Source: Octopus sinensis
Taxonomy: Eukaryota
DNA length: 64,000 bases
Reading direction: 5' to 3'
NCBI RefSeq assembly: GCF_006345805.1
Contig: NC_043005.1
Location: 6,262,001-6,326,000 of the forward strand
Program-made: the position numbers and the translations under genes
Shown here: positions 49,107-62,239 of the stretch, in pieces
Numbering within the stretch: position 1 is the stretch's first letter
Layout: every line of letters starts with the position of its first letter
Notes under the pieces: model-generated
Told to the model about the DNA's origin: nothing
Databases searched by the model: none
What the model saw: only the letters and a program-made list of their open reading frames with translations

Positions 49107-51897
49107 TATACATACATACATACATACATACACATATATATATATATATATATGTAGTATCAATGTTGACATTCTCATTCTCTGTCACTACTCTGATCCT
49201 CTTTTTCACTCTCACTTTCCTCTTACTCTTTCATTCCTCCTTTTTCCATCTTGCTACTTTCACTTTGGTCATTGTGTTACTCTGTATTTTACTTCTCTCT
49301 CTGGCTCTTATCCATACTCTCTTCCATTAACCTTCTTGCCCCAATCACCCAGATCGACACATTACGTAATGCACGGAACATTGAAAAAGCAAACACTGTC
49401 ATTATGACCAGACAGCCATTTTGCTTCAAGCCGACATGTACAGCCAGATACTGATGGTGGGCAAATAAATAACTGAATGAATTAAGAGGGGGAAAAAAAT
49501 GAAAACTAATAAAAGAATATCAAAAAGAAACTGCGTAATCGGTAGCAAGCTTCTTTAATCTTTCTAACAGAGTTTGAACTCGTACCAATTGCACCTTCAA
49601 TCATTTTATCGTCGTTTGTTTACACTGAGGAATACATATATATATTTTAAATAAGAGAAAATCCCCCTCGAATGAATCCTAGTCTAAATGACCATATTTT
49701 TATGGTAGAAACAGATGATAAAGTAATCATTAATTTTGGTCTGTTATTTCACTTAGCTCTCTTGTGGTTAGGTTAGCATTTGGTGAACATTACCCAGCAG
49801 TACAGTTCGAAATATAATATATTGCTCGTTGTGTTAAATGAGCAGTAAATTAACCTCGGAGGTTTTCCAGATAAACTAAGTTTTGGAAAAAGAAGAAAAA
49901 ATTCAATTCATTAGGTATTTAATATATTGGGATTCGAAGTTCTTTCCGTAAGAATCTTTTCAAATTTTCTACGCTGATGTAGTTTTGCATGGCAACGACG
50001 AAAATCACAATCATTTTATTCATTTTCTCAAGAAATTGATATTTAAAAAGAATAAAAGTTACAAGCAATTAAAAGTAATATAAATTTAAACCATTGGAAG
50101 CTTCTGTGGAACGGCATTAATATCATCGCCAACGTCTGTTGTTATCCACCTGTCGTCTGTTTCCCGTTTCCTGCCCAGGTTCTTTAAACAAGTGCAGGAA
50201 ACTCTTCAACCGCGACTGTGGTTCCGTTTTTGACTGTGTCATTGAAAGAACTAACTACAGTCTGTTTGTTATGGCTAGTAGCATTACGGTTGTTGATTAG
50301 GACAATTACTTACGTGAGAGGATTCACTCTGCAACTCATGAAAATTGTGACTTCTGCTGTGTGGTTTAATTTTATTAATTTCTAGAGAATGTAGTTTTCG
50401 TCAAAACCAGGCAAAACTACATTAATGTCGAAAATTGGAAAAAATTCTGTGCTCATTCACCCAAATGATCTTAATTTAGACTATACCCAACTACGTCAAA
50501 TATGGGTACCTTCCTCCCTAAGAAGGAAATATATTTCTCATTTACTTTACAAACCTAGATTTGGAACAGAATATAAATCCTTTTAACATGCATTGCGTCT
50601 TAGGTGAAGTCGTGAATCCAGGAATTAAGGGGAAAGGGTTAAGTCAATACCATAGAGCCTAGTACTTAACACATATATTATACTAACCCCGGAGGGATAG
50701 AAAGCAAAGTTGACGTCTGCGGAATTTGAAATCAGAATATAAAATAGTCGGTACGAAAACCGTAAAGTATTTTTTCCGACGTTCTGACGATTCTACCAGC
50801 TCTCCGCCTTAACAATGGCTTCTAATTTAGGCACAAGGCTAATAATTTTGATAAGAGGGAATTAGTCAATACCAGTGATGCCAATACTTGACTGATCCTT
50901 TATTTTACCAACCCCGAAGGGACGAAAGGACAAGTTGACCATAGAAGGGATTTGAACTCAAGACATAAAGACCCGGGCAAATGCTACACAGTATTTTTTC
51001 CCATCACTTTAACAATTCTGCCAATCTCATATGGAACCGAGACATATTTGGCAAGACTGTCATTCAGTGACTGACAAGGCTTAAATAGTCAGAAAACGGC
51101 TCATACGCAGATATGCTACGATTGATCGCATGACATGGTCGTTGAGACTTGACAGACCAATCAAGCGCAGCAAAATATGTTTGTTCACGGGAGCCCCTGA
51201 TTAATTTTAAACAGAAGGATCTTCCCTATTTTCACCACCAGTGAGGTGAGACGAAGCTACTTCAGAGAGGAGAGTTATTTTTCTGCAGGTTGCTTTGACG
51301 CGCTACAGGTGTTCCTGTTTACGAAGCACCTGTAAGCAAAAATGAGGTGAGAACCAGCAAGAAAGGATGCCATGTTTTTCTGTTCCTGTCTGTCCAGCAC
51401 ACATCACCAAGTTCTGACTGATTTGAAATGCAAATATGTATATTTTCTTCTGACGGTTATCATCATGATGTAGCAATTCCTTTAGCAGTTGAATAAAACG
51501 TGGCAGTGAATTGCAACTCGTTTTCTTGTATTTCTTTCGACTGTTTATACACAACTCATTGGAACCAAGAAATTGTAATTATACCAGGGACTGGAGATAG
51601 GTTAATCAACCCGCTAAACATGTAAAAGCCACTCCTGTGAAGCCCCATGTGAAGATGGTGTGTAAACTTATACTTTATAAACAACTTACAAACAAAAAGA
51701 GAAAAAAAAAAAACGAATCAACGAATAATGCCAAATATACACAAAATATACATAAATGGATAGATAAAAAAAAATACTTTATGTTGAGAAATATAAGATT
51801 TTTTTAATAATACATTTAAAAAAAAAATTATATGTAAAAAAACTTAGTTTTGTATAGCAAAAAGCAATTTCTATTCTAGTTTAAATCGTAAGTACTC

Positions 51898-51971
<74 letters not shown>

Positions 51972-52139
51972 CGTGCGTGTGTGTGTATGTGTGTGTTTAA
52001 ACATATTTAGTTCTGCTGGATCTAGTTTCTGATCACATGTTCTCATTATCAACAGATTTAACATCAATTAACTTTTCAAAACAACTCCGTCTTTACATAT
52101 GTATGGTCTATATTTTATGTCAAGTGCTGTGTCACTTAC

Positions 52140-52430
52140 TTCACAATTTTTCAAAGTGTAATGATTATACGACAGTTTCCTATTTCTTGACACAGTTCTT
52201 TGCAAATTCTTTGAACTCTGCAAGGTCATTTGAGCTGCAGGTGTCGGGTAGCGGAAAGCAGACAAAGACAGTGCTACGTTGTAGAGTCTGCTTTCTAGAG
52301 TCACAGATGGTAGGACCGGTCTTCTGGTACCATCTGGCCAAAAACAATTTTTGATTGTCCTCTTCGAAGTAGAAGCATTCACGTCATAATCCCTATCCAG
52401 TAAAAACTTGGTATTACCGGCGAAATCTAC
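52140..52430 (-). CDS. Candidate 291-nt exon, unknown product
   Basis: Minus strand TTCCAG| acceptor, 97 open codons (VDFAGNTKFLLDRDYDVN...HYTLKNCE), GAA|GTAAGT donor, phase 0-0. An overlapping plus-strand ORF (52037..52354) makes the strand uncertain. Confidence 0.45.
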
Positions 52431-52503
52431 CTGGAACTTCGAAGCCGAGTTGAAAGAGAACTGTGTAGTGAAGAGTTGCTTTAATAATTTGCTTGTCAGT
52501 TAT

Positions 52504-52716
52504 GGCGGCGAGCTGGCAGAAACGTTAGCACGCCGGGCGAAATGCGTAGCCGTATTTCGTCTGCCACTGCGTTCTGAGTTCAAATTCCGCCGAGGTCGAC
52601 TTTGCCTTTCATCCTTTCAGGGTCGATAAATTAAGTACCAGTTGCGTATTGGGGTCGATCTAATCGACTGGCCCCACTCACCAAAAATTTCAGGCCTTGT
52701 GCCTAGAGTAGAAAAG
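52504..52716 (+). mobile_element. SINE family B, near-pristine full-length copy
   Basis: tRNA-like head GGCGGCGAGCTGGCAGAAACGTTAGC...GAGTTCAAATTCC, central GTCGACTTTGCCTTTCATCC, tail GAGTAGAAAAG. A partial copy lies at 54283..54410. Confidence 0.9.
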
Positions 52717-55039
52717 TTTACCATTTTTGCTAACCATCCTCAAAAATCCAAACATTTAACGGTGAAAATATGAGCGATTGTGAAGACCTTAATTAAATTA
52801 TGACGTCAATTAATTTCCGAAATAGAATTAGAGGAATAAATTAAATGGGAGACGTTTGAACTGGGAATCGAAACCGGGTCGCTGATGTTATTTGCAGTGT
52901 TTATTTGGGACTTGATAGCTATAAATAAAAAAAAATATGGTGTGCAGCGGAATTTATCGAACAATGTAGGAGCCAATGGGGTAAGCCTCAACGTAGTCAT
53001 TTAATTGACTAGAAATAGCTGCCAGTTTTTCCCCAAATCACAGATTACTTACTGTCTTAAAATTTGTAGCTTCAATCATAAAAAGGAAGATGGAATGGCC
53101 GCCGCTGAAATACACACACACACGAAAAAAAAACCCCACAAAACATTTCCTTTACACGCTGAGAAGTGGATAGGAGGGGGTAGTGAACTTGATCTTTGGA
53201 GGTCATTCGCCCGTACATTAAACGGAACTAATTTTCTAATCAGTTTAGTGAGCGTACGGCTTTCTTAAATGAGTTGGCTTAGCTTGAGGGGTTAAATTCT
53301 TCAGTCGGTGCATGGAATCAACCGTAAATTCAATGAACTATTTGAACAAGATTCTCCAGTTGCGGTAAATCTGATTTGTTTTTAATTTGAAACCATAAGC
53401 AGTGAAATGTCTTTAAGAGTGACGGACGCTAAAATTAGAAATAATTCATAGCCTAAAAATGTATCAGTTGTGTGTGCGCACACGCGCGTGTCTGGCTGTG
53501 TGGTTGAGAAGTTTGCTTCCTAACCATATGGTTTCAAGTTCAATCCCATTGCGCAGCACATAGGACAAGTGTTTTCTACTATTGCACTGGGCCAACCAAG
53601 GTCTTGTAAGTGGATTTGGTAGACAGAAAACCGAAAGAAGCCCATCATATAAATTTGTGAGTCTATGTGTGGATGCATGTATGTGAGTGAGTGCGTCGCT
53701 CATTGCCTGGATGTCATGTTATGGTGATAAACAACTGTTGTTCGTTTCCTGTCTTCTACGAAAAACATGTCTAACAATAGAGAAATATTGATCTTGCTCG
53801 GAAACAGTTGAGGGTTGTTGACGGGAATGCAGTTGGCCACAGAGAATCTGTCTGGGAACAACAATACATCTGTGAGTTACATTGAGTCACGAAGTAGTAT
53901 AGTAAGTTGCTTCAAGTAGCGCCAGCCTTGATTAACAACGGACGAGAAGTGATTTTAATCCGTCCTTGAGGATGTTAAGAAAGAAAAGACGGGCTCCACA
54001 AGGCTGTCTTGTTACGATCTCATCTGTTGGAGGACAGTGCACGGGGTGGGGGACAGCCCCTTATTCCATAAAAAGAAAAAGCAACAAAAAACAAAAATGC
54101 ACCATTTAAAGACAAGTTTACGGGGTTGCACATCTACGAACTTCTGTTACTACACACACACACTCCCCCCTCTCTCTCTCAGATATGCACAGTCTTTGAC
54201 AATTTGATAAACACGCTTATAGTTTTTTCCTGAACGCACGCAAACATACACACATAAGCAGGCGAATAAACGCTAACACTCGCTGAGGTCGACTTTGCCT
54301 TTCATCCTTTCGGGGTCCATAAATTAAGTACCAGTTGCGTACTGAGGATCGATCTAATCGACCAGCCTCCTCCCCAAAAATTTCGGGCCTTGTGCCTAGA
54401 GAAGAAAAGAATTTATGCTAACACACGCGCGCGTGCACATACACAGACATTAATAAACGAACATACTTATGCACTTAATTCTACTTATACAAACATATTT
54501 TCACTTGTTAAAAGAAAGAAAGAATGAAAGGGAGGGAGAGAGAGAGAGAAAGAAAGAAAGGGAGGGAGAGAGAGAGAGTGGCAAGAGAGATAGAAATCGT
54601 TTCGGGAACAAGTTGATAGCATCCAATTACACAGAAAATTACTTTTAACATCCATTTAAATGAACGACGATTTTCCTGAAGAAACACAGTTTAATTTATT
54701 GCTGACACGAAACGAAAATAGATTTACCAATGATATATCCGGCGTGAAATAAACAAAGATGATGATGATGATAATAATAATAATAATAAGAAGAAGAAGA
54801 AGAAGAAGGGGGATAAAAGAAACAAAGCCACTCTGCTCCAAGAAGTGATTGCCAACACATTGTTGTTGAAAAGGATATCAGTGAGATGATTCTCTGATAC
54901 TTTAATGGTTTAGGGATGGAGAAATTTAGTAAAGACTACAACAGGATTCTTAAAAATCTCTTGTTTCTCAGAAATTTGAAACACGCCCATACTTTAGATT
55001 CCAGAAATCATTTCTCACCATCTCCAAAAGAAAAGCATG

Positions 55040-55378
55040 TCCCTTGTGTTACAAGTGGTCCTCCGTCGGTTACGACGACGTGGATTCCAATTGATCTGAT
55101 CAACGGAACGGCTTGCTCGTGAAACTAACGTGCAAGTGGTCGAGGGCTTCACAGACAAGCGTACCCTAAACGTAGTTCTCGGGGAGATTCAGCGTGACAC
55201 AGAATGTGACAAGTTTGGCCCCTTGAAAAACAGGCACTACTCATTTTGCCAACTGAGTGGACTGAGAGTTACGTGAAATAAAATGTCTTGCTCAAGGTCG
55301 CTAAACGCGGTCGGGAATCAAACTCACAACTTCTCGATTGAGCCGAGTACCCAAACCGCTAAGCCACACACCTTCACT
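55040..55378 (-). mobile_element. tRNA-derived SINE (additional family)
   Basis: Minus-strand head GTGTGGCTTAGCGGTTTGGG...GAGTTTGATTCCC; related to fragments near 4345 and 24980..25170. Confidence 0.7.
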
Positions 55379-56025
55379 ACCCCGTGTCTTGCATGGGTTA
55401 TAAGGACTTCTACTGGCCAAATTTTCAAGAAAAGAACATAAAGAACTCCCTCATTGTGCCACGCTCACTGGCACCTAAATGTATCGTACCTTGTTGTGAT
55501 AAGTTTAGTATTTCTATTCACGAATCTCATTTCGCGTATCAACGACTTATTTTTACCCATAAAATAGGATTGTTTCCATGATATATCAAATAGATGTGTG
55601 GTGTATCCACTGTTTATGCCACATATATTGGTTACATGAGACAATATAGTTTGCCACTTTTGGAAGTATATCATTGCCACTATTGGTAGGTAATATAACA
55701 AAAATGATCTACATACAATAATCATAATTTAACTTTTATAAAATTTCTGTATACTTATTTTCAATAGAAAAAATATTTATTACATTACAATAACTTCAAT
55801 AAAACAAAACAATGTCACACATAATTATTCTTAATACCTTCCGGCAGATTCAAACGTGAATATGCTAATCGCTGTTGTATTTTATCTAAGGGGGTAACCA
55901 ATTTCTCATTTACATCCTTTCCTCCTCCCCTCCTCCTGCTGTCTTTGTGTATCATTCCTTTACTCATTGCCTACCATCAAGCCTACCATCAATGCACTCA
56001 TCCTGCTTCTCTTATGTTAACTCTC

Positions 56026-56061
<36 letters not shown>

Positions 56062-56688
56062 CTCTCTTTTATTGCGCTCTCTATACGATGTAAAGCGTAA
56101 CTAGAGAAATCAACCAGCCAACCAACATTTATATAGGCTACTCTTTCGGCTTCTATGAATAATTTTCTTCCCAAAGATAAAGCATCTACGGACATACATT
56201 TGATAGCCGATATTGGCAGAAGTGCTCACAGAGGATACAGCTCGGGTTTTAATCTCCATTTATCTGTTAAAGGTTCTTAGTGAAAAGAAAGAGATTGACA
56301 TTTGAACTGCAGCCGGTCACAGATGTATTACTAGAGTGTTTCTTCAGGTGTATGAGGGCGGAAGTAAAAGAAGCTGATATTTAATGAGAATCTGAGATGT
56401 TAATTATGTTGGTTAATGATAAATATTTTTATAAGATAATTGGTGAGTAATCTTTCACTGGTTACAGCCATTTAACTGTGGCCAATCTGGAGCACAGCTA
56501 TTAAATACTGCTCGATATTTCCAAACTATCGAGGAAGCCTCTGCACCAGGGTAGAAATACCCGTTGCACGCGAACAGAATTTTGTATATATATATTGAAA
56601 TTTGAAACTAAGTTTCTGGCGAAGTTCTTAAAAGCCATATGGGGAAAAAAGGCGTAAGATTTAAAACCAAAATAATAATTAAATATAT

Positions 56689-56826
56689 ATTTCTTTATTA
56701 CCCACAAGGGGCTAAACATAGAGGGGACAAACAAGGACAGACAAAGGGATTAAGTCGATTACATCGACCCCAGTGCGTAACTGGTACTTAACTTATCCAC
56801 CCCGAAAGGATGAAAGGCAAAGTCAA
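56689..56826 (-). mobile_element. 5'-truncated family B SINE (left arm of an inverted pair)
   Basis: Reverse complement is near-identical to 57631..57770. Confidence 0.9.
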
Positions 56827-56859
56827 CGATAGAATTGTTACAGCAATAGAGTTTTACTA

Positions 56860-57125
56860 CAAGTAGGTGAAAGAGGAAAGGTCCTGAGCATTGGGAAAAG
56901 CTCATCTGTTATGGCCATATTCGAAGAAGCAGAGGTTTGGAAAACATCATGGAAGCAAGAGTAGAGGGCAGAAGATCAAAAGACAGGCAGAAACCGCAAT
57001 GAATGGACAATATGAAGTGCTGGTTGGACAAGAGTAGCGAGGCAGCTGAAGAACTCGCGCTTAATCAGGAAGAGTTCCGTTGTAGAGTTACCAATGTGCT
57101 GCAAGTGTACGATGCATGACGACAA
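56860..57125 (+). pseudogene. Degraded RTE LINE 3' end
   Basis: KLICYGHIRRSRGLENIMEARVEGRRSKDRQKPQ*MDNMKCWL...AEELALNQEEFR matches the RTE C-terminal pattern FGHI.R..GLE..M.G.VEG.R..GR. Confidence 0.8.
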
Positions 57126-57470
57126 CGAACTTTATAAAGAGAACTGACGTATAGATATCAAAAAATATATCCACGGTGATTAAGTGTTCCATAATAGATA
57201 GTTACAAGCCAACACGCCATCGTGGAAATCCTTATTAATTCCTACCGCATTATTTTCTCCTTGATATACATATCCCTTTAAATTAATTCAAGTTAATTAT
57301 GTATCTTAATAAGATAATTACGGAATTAATGACGTTTATTGCTAATGAAACAGCTGTTGAGCATAATTATAAAATATTTGCGAAGCTTATGCATCCCCCC
57401 CCTTTTGTTCTAAGTTACATAACTGTAAATTAAGTAAAAAAATGATTTTTATTATTTTTTTTCAACACAG

Positions 57471-57479
57471 ATGTGCCTC
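57471..57479 (+). other. Candidate 9-nt microexon ATGTGCCTC
   Basis: TTTTTATTATTTTTTTTCAACACAG| immediately followed by 9 nt and |GTAAGT. Confidence 0.45.
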
Positions 57480-57630
57480 GTAAGTTCTTGCAGTTCGCCC
57501 CTCGTTCTAAAAAGTTTTTTTTCTACGCGGTCACACTGCATGCTAGAAATAGTAACTCTGGACATATCATCAACAGTCACTCGATGTACTTCAATCAGCT
57601 ACCAAGCCGTACTCATTCACCACTATCTTA

Positions 57631-57770
57631 TCGACTTTGCCTTTCATCCTTTCGGGGTCGATAAATTAAGTACCAGTTACGCACTGGGGTCGATGTAATC
57701 GACTTAATCCCTTTGTCTGTCCTTGTTTGTCCCCTCTGTGTTTAGACCCCTTGTGGGTAATAAAGAAATA
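57631..57770 (+). mobile_element. 5'-truncated family B SINE (right arm of the inverted pair)
   Basis: See 56689..56826. Confidence 0.9.
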
Positions 57771-58519
57771 ACTATCTTAAAATGGCTGTCGTCACATTCA
57801 TTCAATTTACTTCCATTGTTTGGAAACACCTCCACTGCATGTTAACCTAAGAGATTTATCTGCTTTTATTAAACGAAGAAATATCACATACACTGTGTTA
57901 TTTAACTCCAGGTCAGGCTTGACTACATAAACATATGATCAAAGGCGCGCCAGTCACGACTATTCCGTCGTTGTCTCGAGCCTACATTATCCAATAAGTC
58001 CAATTCTTTAAAGACAGCAGAAATTATAATGAGTATTTCCTATATGTAGTATTTTGGTCACTCAAATGTTTTAGCTGTCCAGCATAACGCGCGTGCGTGT
58101 GGCTGTGTATGTCTGTTGGACTAAAATAGCCATTTAAAGGTTTTCAAACATTTGAAAAGAATTCTTAAATGTGGATAGAGCATGCCAAAGTGGGAAGATT
58201 TAGTGGTATTTTGGGAGATGTACGTGGAAGAGACAGCGAGTAATGTAAGATGGGGGGAGGGAGAAGAAGTAGAGGGGGTAATAAGGATGTGTGGGAGGGG
58301 TTGAGGAGAGGGTGATCTCATAGGGGACTTATCGGAGGAAGAGGAGGAAGAAGAGGATGTTAATGTACAGATAAGGAATAGATTAAGGATGCCAGCAGAA
58401 ACTGTCTAGTTGGCTTGAAACTCTACTTGGTGTGTAATTATATATATACCAACACATATGTATACATATGTGTAGACACACATATCGACACATGCATACC
58501 CCCCCACACACACACACAC

Positions 58520-58557
<38 letters not shown>

Positions 58558-58803
58558 GCCAAAACATGCAAATATACATACAAGCATATATATATATATA
58601 TATACACACACACACGCATCAGAACACATGTACATACGCATACACGCATGCACACTTTATATGTAACCACCGCAAGCTAAATATATGTGCATATGCAAAC
58701 AAAACTCTGAGCAACCTTTGGGATCAAAGATGGCGGTAAAAAATTAAAAATAAAATGTTTAGTATATGTAAATATGTGTGTGCGTGTGTGTGCACGCGCA
58801 GGT

Positions 58804-58825
58804 GTAGACAGACAGACAGACAGAC

Positions 58826-58884
<59 letters not shown>

Positions 58885-58892
58885 CAGATAGG

Positions 58893-58988
<96 letters not shown>

Positions 58989-59028
58989 CAGACAGGTAGA
59001 TAGATAGATAGATAGACAGACAGATAGG

Positions 59029-59065
<37 letters not shown>

Positions 59066-59082
59066 TGATAGATAGATAGATA
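58804..59082. repeat. (GATA)n/(GACA)n tetranucleotide satellite
   Basis: Direct observation. Confidence 0.98.
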
Positions 59083-60512
59083 TCAGAATTAGGGAGTCAA
59101 GGGCAAAACATGAAGTAGACTGTCAACTATTGTTTGGTAAAATACCTGTTCACTCGTTCCAACAGACGCCACAGAAGCCGGAAAACCGGGCCCATGAGTC
59201 TGGTTAGGCTTGAAAAGGGCGCATAAATAAAAAAATAAATATATATATCTGAGAGAGAGAGAGAAAGAGAGAGTGAATTTGATGATAGGGACTGTAAAAT
59301 CCGATTAACTTAACGTGAGATGCCAGCTGCAACAACCATAAACTTTTAGTACTGAGTACTGTTTGAAACCCATCCCTTGCATCTACGAACACTACACTAC
59401 ACACACGCACGTCTGTGAATGCATAAGCTCATTTTTTACATGATATATAGCATACGACACTCTTAATAATTCTTGACTCTTCCTAATATTACGTAGACTC
59501 TTGTGAGAAGAAGGCGGCAAATTTGAAAGATTGGACGAATTCCAAAGATTCTAACACTTAAACACCGTTATTCTTTGTAATGAAATTAAAATACCTTGCT
59601 ATTGTTGTTTTCTTATTAAGAATAAACTTTTCTACTATAGGTACAAAACCTGAAAATTTGGAGGGAGAGGTACAGTCGATTACATCGGTCCCAGTGTTCA
59701 ACTAGTATTTACTTTATATCGCTCTGGGAAGGATGAAACGTATGTTGACGTCGGTGGAATTTGAGTTCAGAATGTGAAGAAAAAAATGATTAAAAAAAAA
59801 ACAAAGAAATATCAGAGGGCATTTTGCACATCGCTCTAACAATTCTGTCAATCCACTCAGTATCAAAGTTCGTCCACGAACACTGGATACGACAGAAAAG
59901 AAAAGTGGGCAGGATTGCCTACTAGATTTGAACCATGTAGCAGCCGTCGAATGCCGTTCAACTACGATAACCATCACGACCAAAGCAACTCGCCACGCTC
60001 TGCCATCTGTAAACACATCGCTGGACCAGCTACCGTTGTTTATATGCGTTTATCACACAAACTTCTTTCGTTATTTTGATAGCATCTTAACCCCCAACGG
60101 AGAGGTCGTCTGGTTGTTGTCAACACAGACCTGGTTTCCTACCAGATACCTCCATGCTGGCTGAAACTATCCCAGAATATAAATGTAATATAATATATAC
60201 GGTTAAGATTTAAGTACATTCCCAATTGCTTAAGTATTTGCCCTCTAGACGTGAACCTAACTGTTCCGATTCAATCTGAGAGAGAAACGTAGAGTTCAGA
60301 CGAGCTTCTGAAAGTAAAAACTTAATTCAGATGAGTTCACCTCAGGATTTAATATTCCAGTGATAAGTTTATTTTAATTCCAGATATTTACATATATTGG
60401 CTGAGTAGTGATCTGCTTTCACCATCCAAAAGATGTGCCTGTATTAATTTTGAGGATGTATAGTCGAGAGTTATACAAAAAAATTACTGTGAATATGAAA
60501 GACCAGTAGAAC

Positions 60513-61218
60513 CAGTGGCGGTTCGTGTACAGGCACTGCGGAACTGCAGCTCCCCCTATTTCCAATCGATATTATCGATAACATTCAATATAATAAGCCC
60601 CTTTTTTGTCTTTAATTCTTTCTTTATACTTGTACATTATTTAATCCTTAAGTTTAATGTCAGTAGCCATCCCCTAGTTTATGAAAAAAATACAAAATTC
60701 CATGTATAGAACTGTGTGCTTCACAGTTCCAACGACGCGGTGTTCGGCTGTTGTGCGAATGCTCATATGTCCGAGATAGGAAGCGTCACGTTAGGGAGAG
60801 ATAGCACTACGTGAACAACAGTGCCAACCCCCGTTTTCCAGTGAAAAGTAGTGTTTCTTTTTGACTCCGCGTGTGTTGTGCTTAAAAATGTGTTTGTATT
60901 CTTGAATGTGATAAAGTGTAGAATTAGATTGTTAACCTGCTTCCAACTTCAGCGTTGCTGCCAGGATTTGAAAAATAGGGCACATTTCCCTACCTTATTT
61001 TGTGATTTAGGGGAGATTTTTTGAAAACCAAGGGGGAATTCGCGGCGGTGTTCAGTGAACAAATCAAACACATTCGGCAGTGGCTATAACGCGAACCAAT
61101 CAAGTTTATGTATACATTTTCTTTTTATATGTTTTTCTCCTTTTACACAATATTAAAACAACAGCTAAAAATTTTCTGAAGCAGTTCCCCCACTCATTTT
61201 ATCTACGAGCCGCCACTG
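60513..61218. mobile_element. Non-autonomous hAT-like DNA transposon
   Basis: TIRs CAGTGGCGGTTCGT / ACGAGCCGCCACTG; 8-bp flanks AGTAGAAC and CGCAGAAC match at 6 of 8 positions. Confidence 0.7.
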
Positions 61219-61360
61219 CGCAGAACAGACTCTTAATCGTTAATTTCTACGATGGCTTTAAGACGATTAAATCAATTCAGTCGCTGAGAGAAAGCCTAGA
61301 TTTTTGCTTTATAAAAGACGATTAAGTTGATTTCACAGTCATATGTTTATTCTAATGTTA

Positions 61361-61610
61361 TCTCTCTATATATAAGCGTAAAATGTCTGTGTGTGTGTGT
61401 CCTTTATACAAATCCACAATTTTTCAGTTAGAGGGCTCGCACTTTCTATGGTCATTCAAGACCATCCAAAGGTGGTCGTGCACATCTTTACATTTCCTCA
61501 GTCACCCCGCAAAGCCATTAAAATATCAATAGAAGTGACTTTTTTGTGAATTTTCTATCCAAAACCCAATCAAAATGCCCGAAACTTGATATGCCAAGTC
61601 ATAGTGCTAG
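61361..61610 (+). mobile_element. Short non-autonomous Helitron-like element
   Basis: A|TCTCTCTATATATAA 5' end, CTAG|T 3' end, small ACTTG...CAAGT hairpin 11 nt upstream of the end, no TSD. Confidence 0.6.
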
Positions 61611-62239
61611 TTTATATTATTTTTTCTTTGATATTTAAAACGAATTTTCTCCAGGTATGGCTGTATGGTTAACAAGTTCGCTTCGCAATCACGGGGATTC
61701 CTATTCAGTCCCATTGCGCGGCACCTCAGGCAAAGGCCTTCTATTATAGTTTGGGCCGACCAATACCTTGTGGGTGGATCTGGTAGGCGAAAACTGCGAA
61801 AAGCCTGTCATGCGCGTTTGGCTTTCGTCACACCAACACGTGACAACAGGTGTTCGTTTTTATGTCCCCTGTAGCGAACTAGCGGTTCGACAAAGAAGGG
61901 CCAATAAAATAAGTGCCAGACTAAGAAGAAACAAAAAGAGTATTTCGATCGATTTCTTCGACTAAACACTACAGAGCGGTGCTCCAGTATGACCGACCAA
62001 CCCCAACAACTAAAACAAATAAAAGAATAATAAAACATAATACCCCCCCTCCCCAACACGATTAAATGACCTTCAGTGTGGTCTCATTTGATTACGGATT
62101 AGCCACAACTCAATACATCTATATCTATTTATCTATCTATCTATCTATCTCTGTATGTCTGTCTATATACTTTGATACTTTGATAGGTTTCGGCCATTAT
62201 TGGCCCAGGCCATGTCTAACTTAATAGCCACCACCTGGT

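Noticed and set aside
52037-52354. GPCR TM6/TM7-like reading of the plus-strand ORF (YILCQVL...FANSLNS)
   Set aside because: The resemblance is only impressionistic, with no NPxxY-type motif and no upstream TM segments.
62183-62212. GGCCA-ATAA-TGGCC-GAAAC on the minus strand
   Set aside because: The CUGANGA core is incomplete and there is no stem I or stem III.
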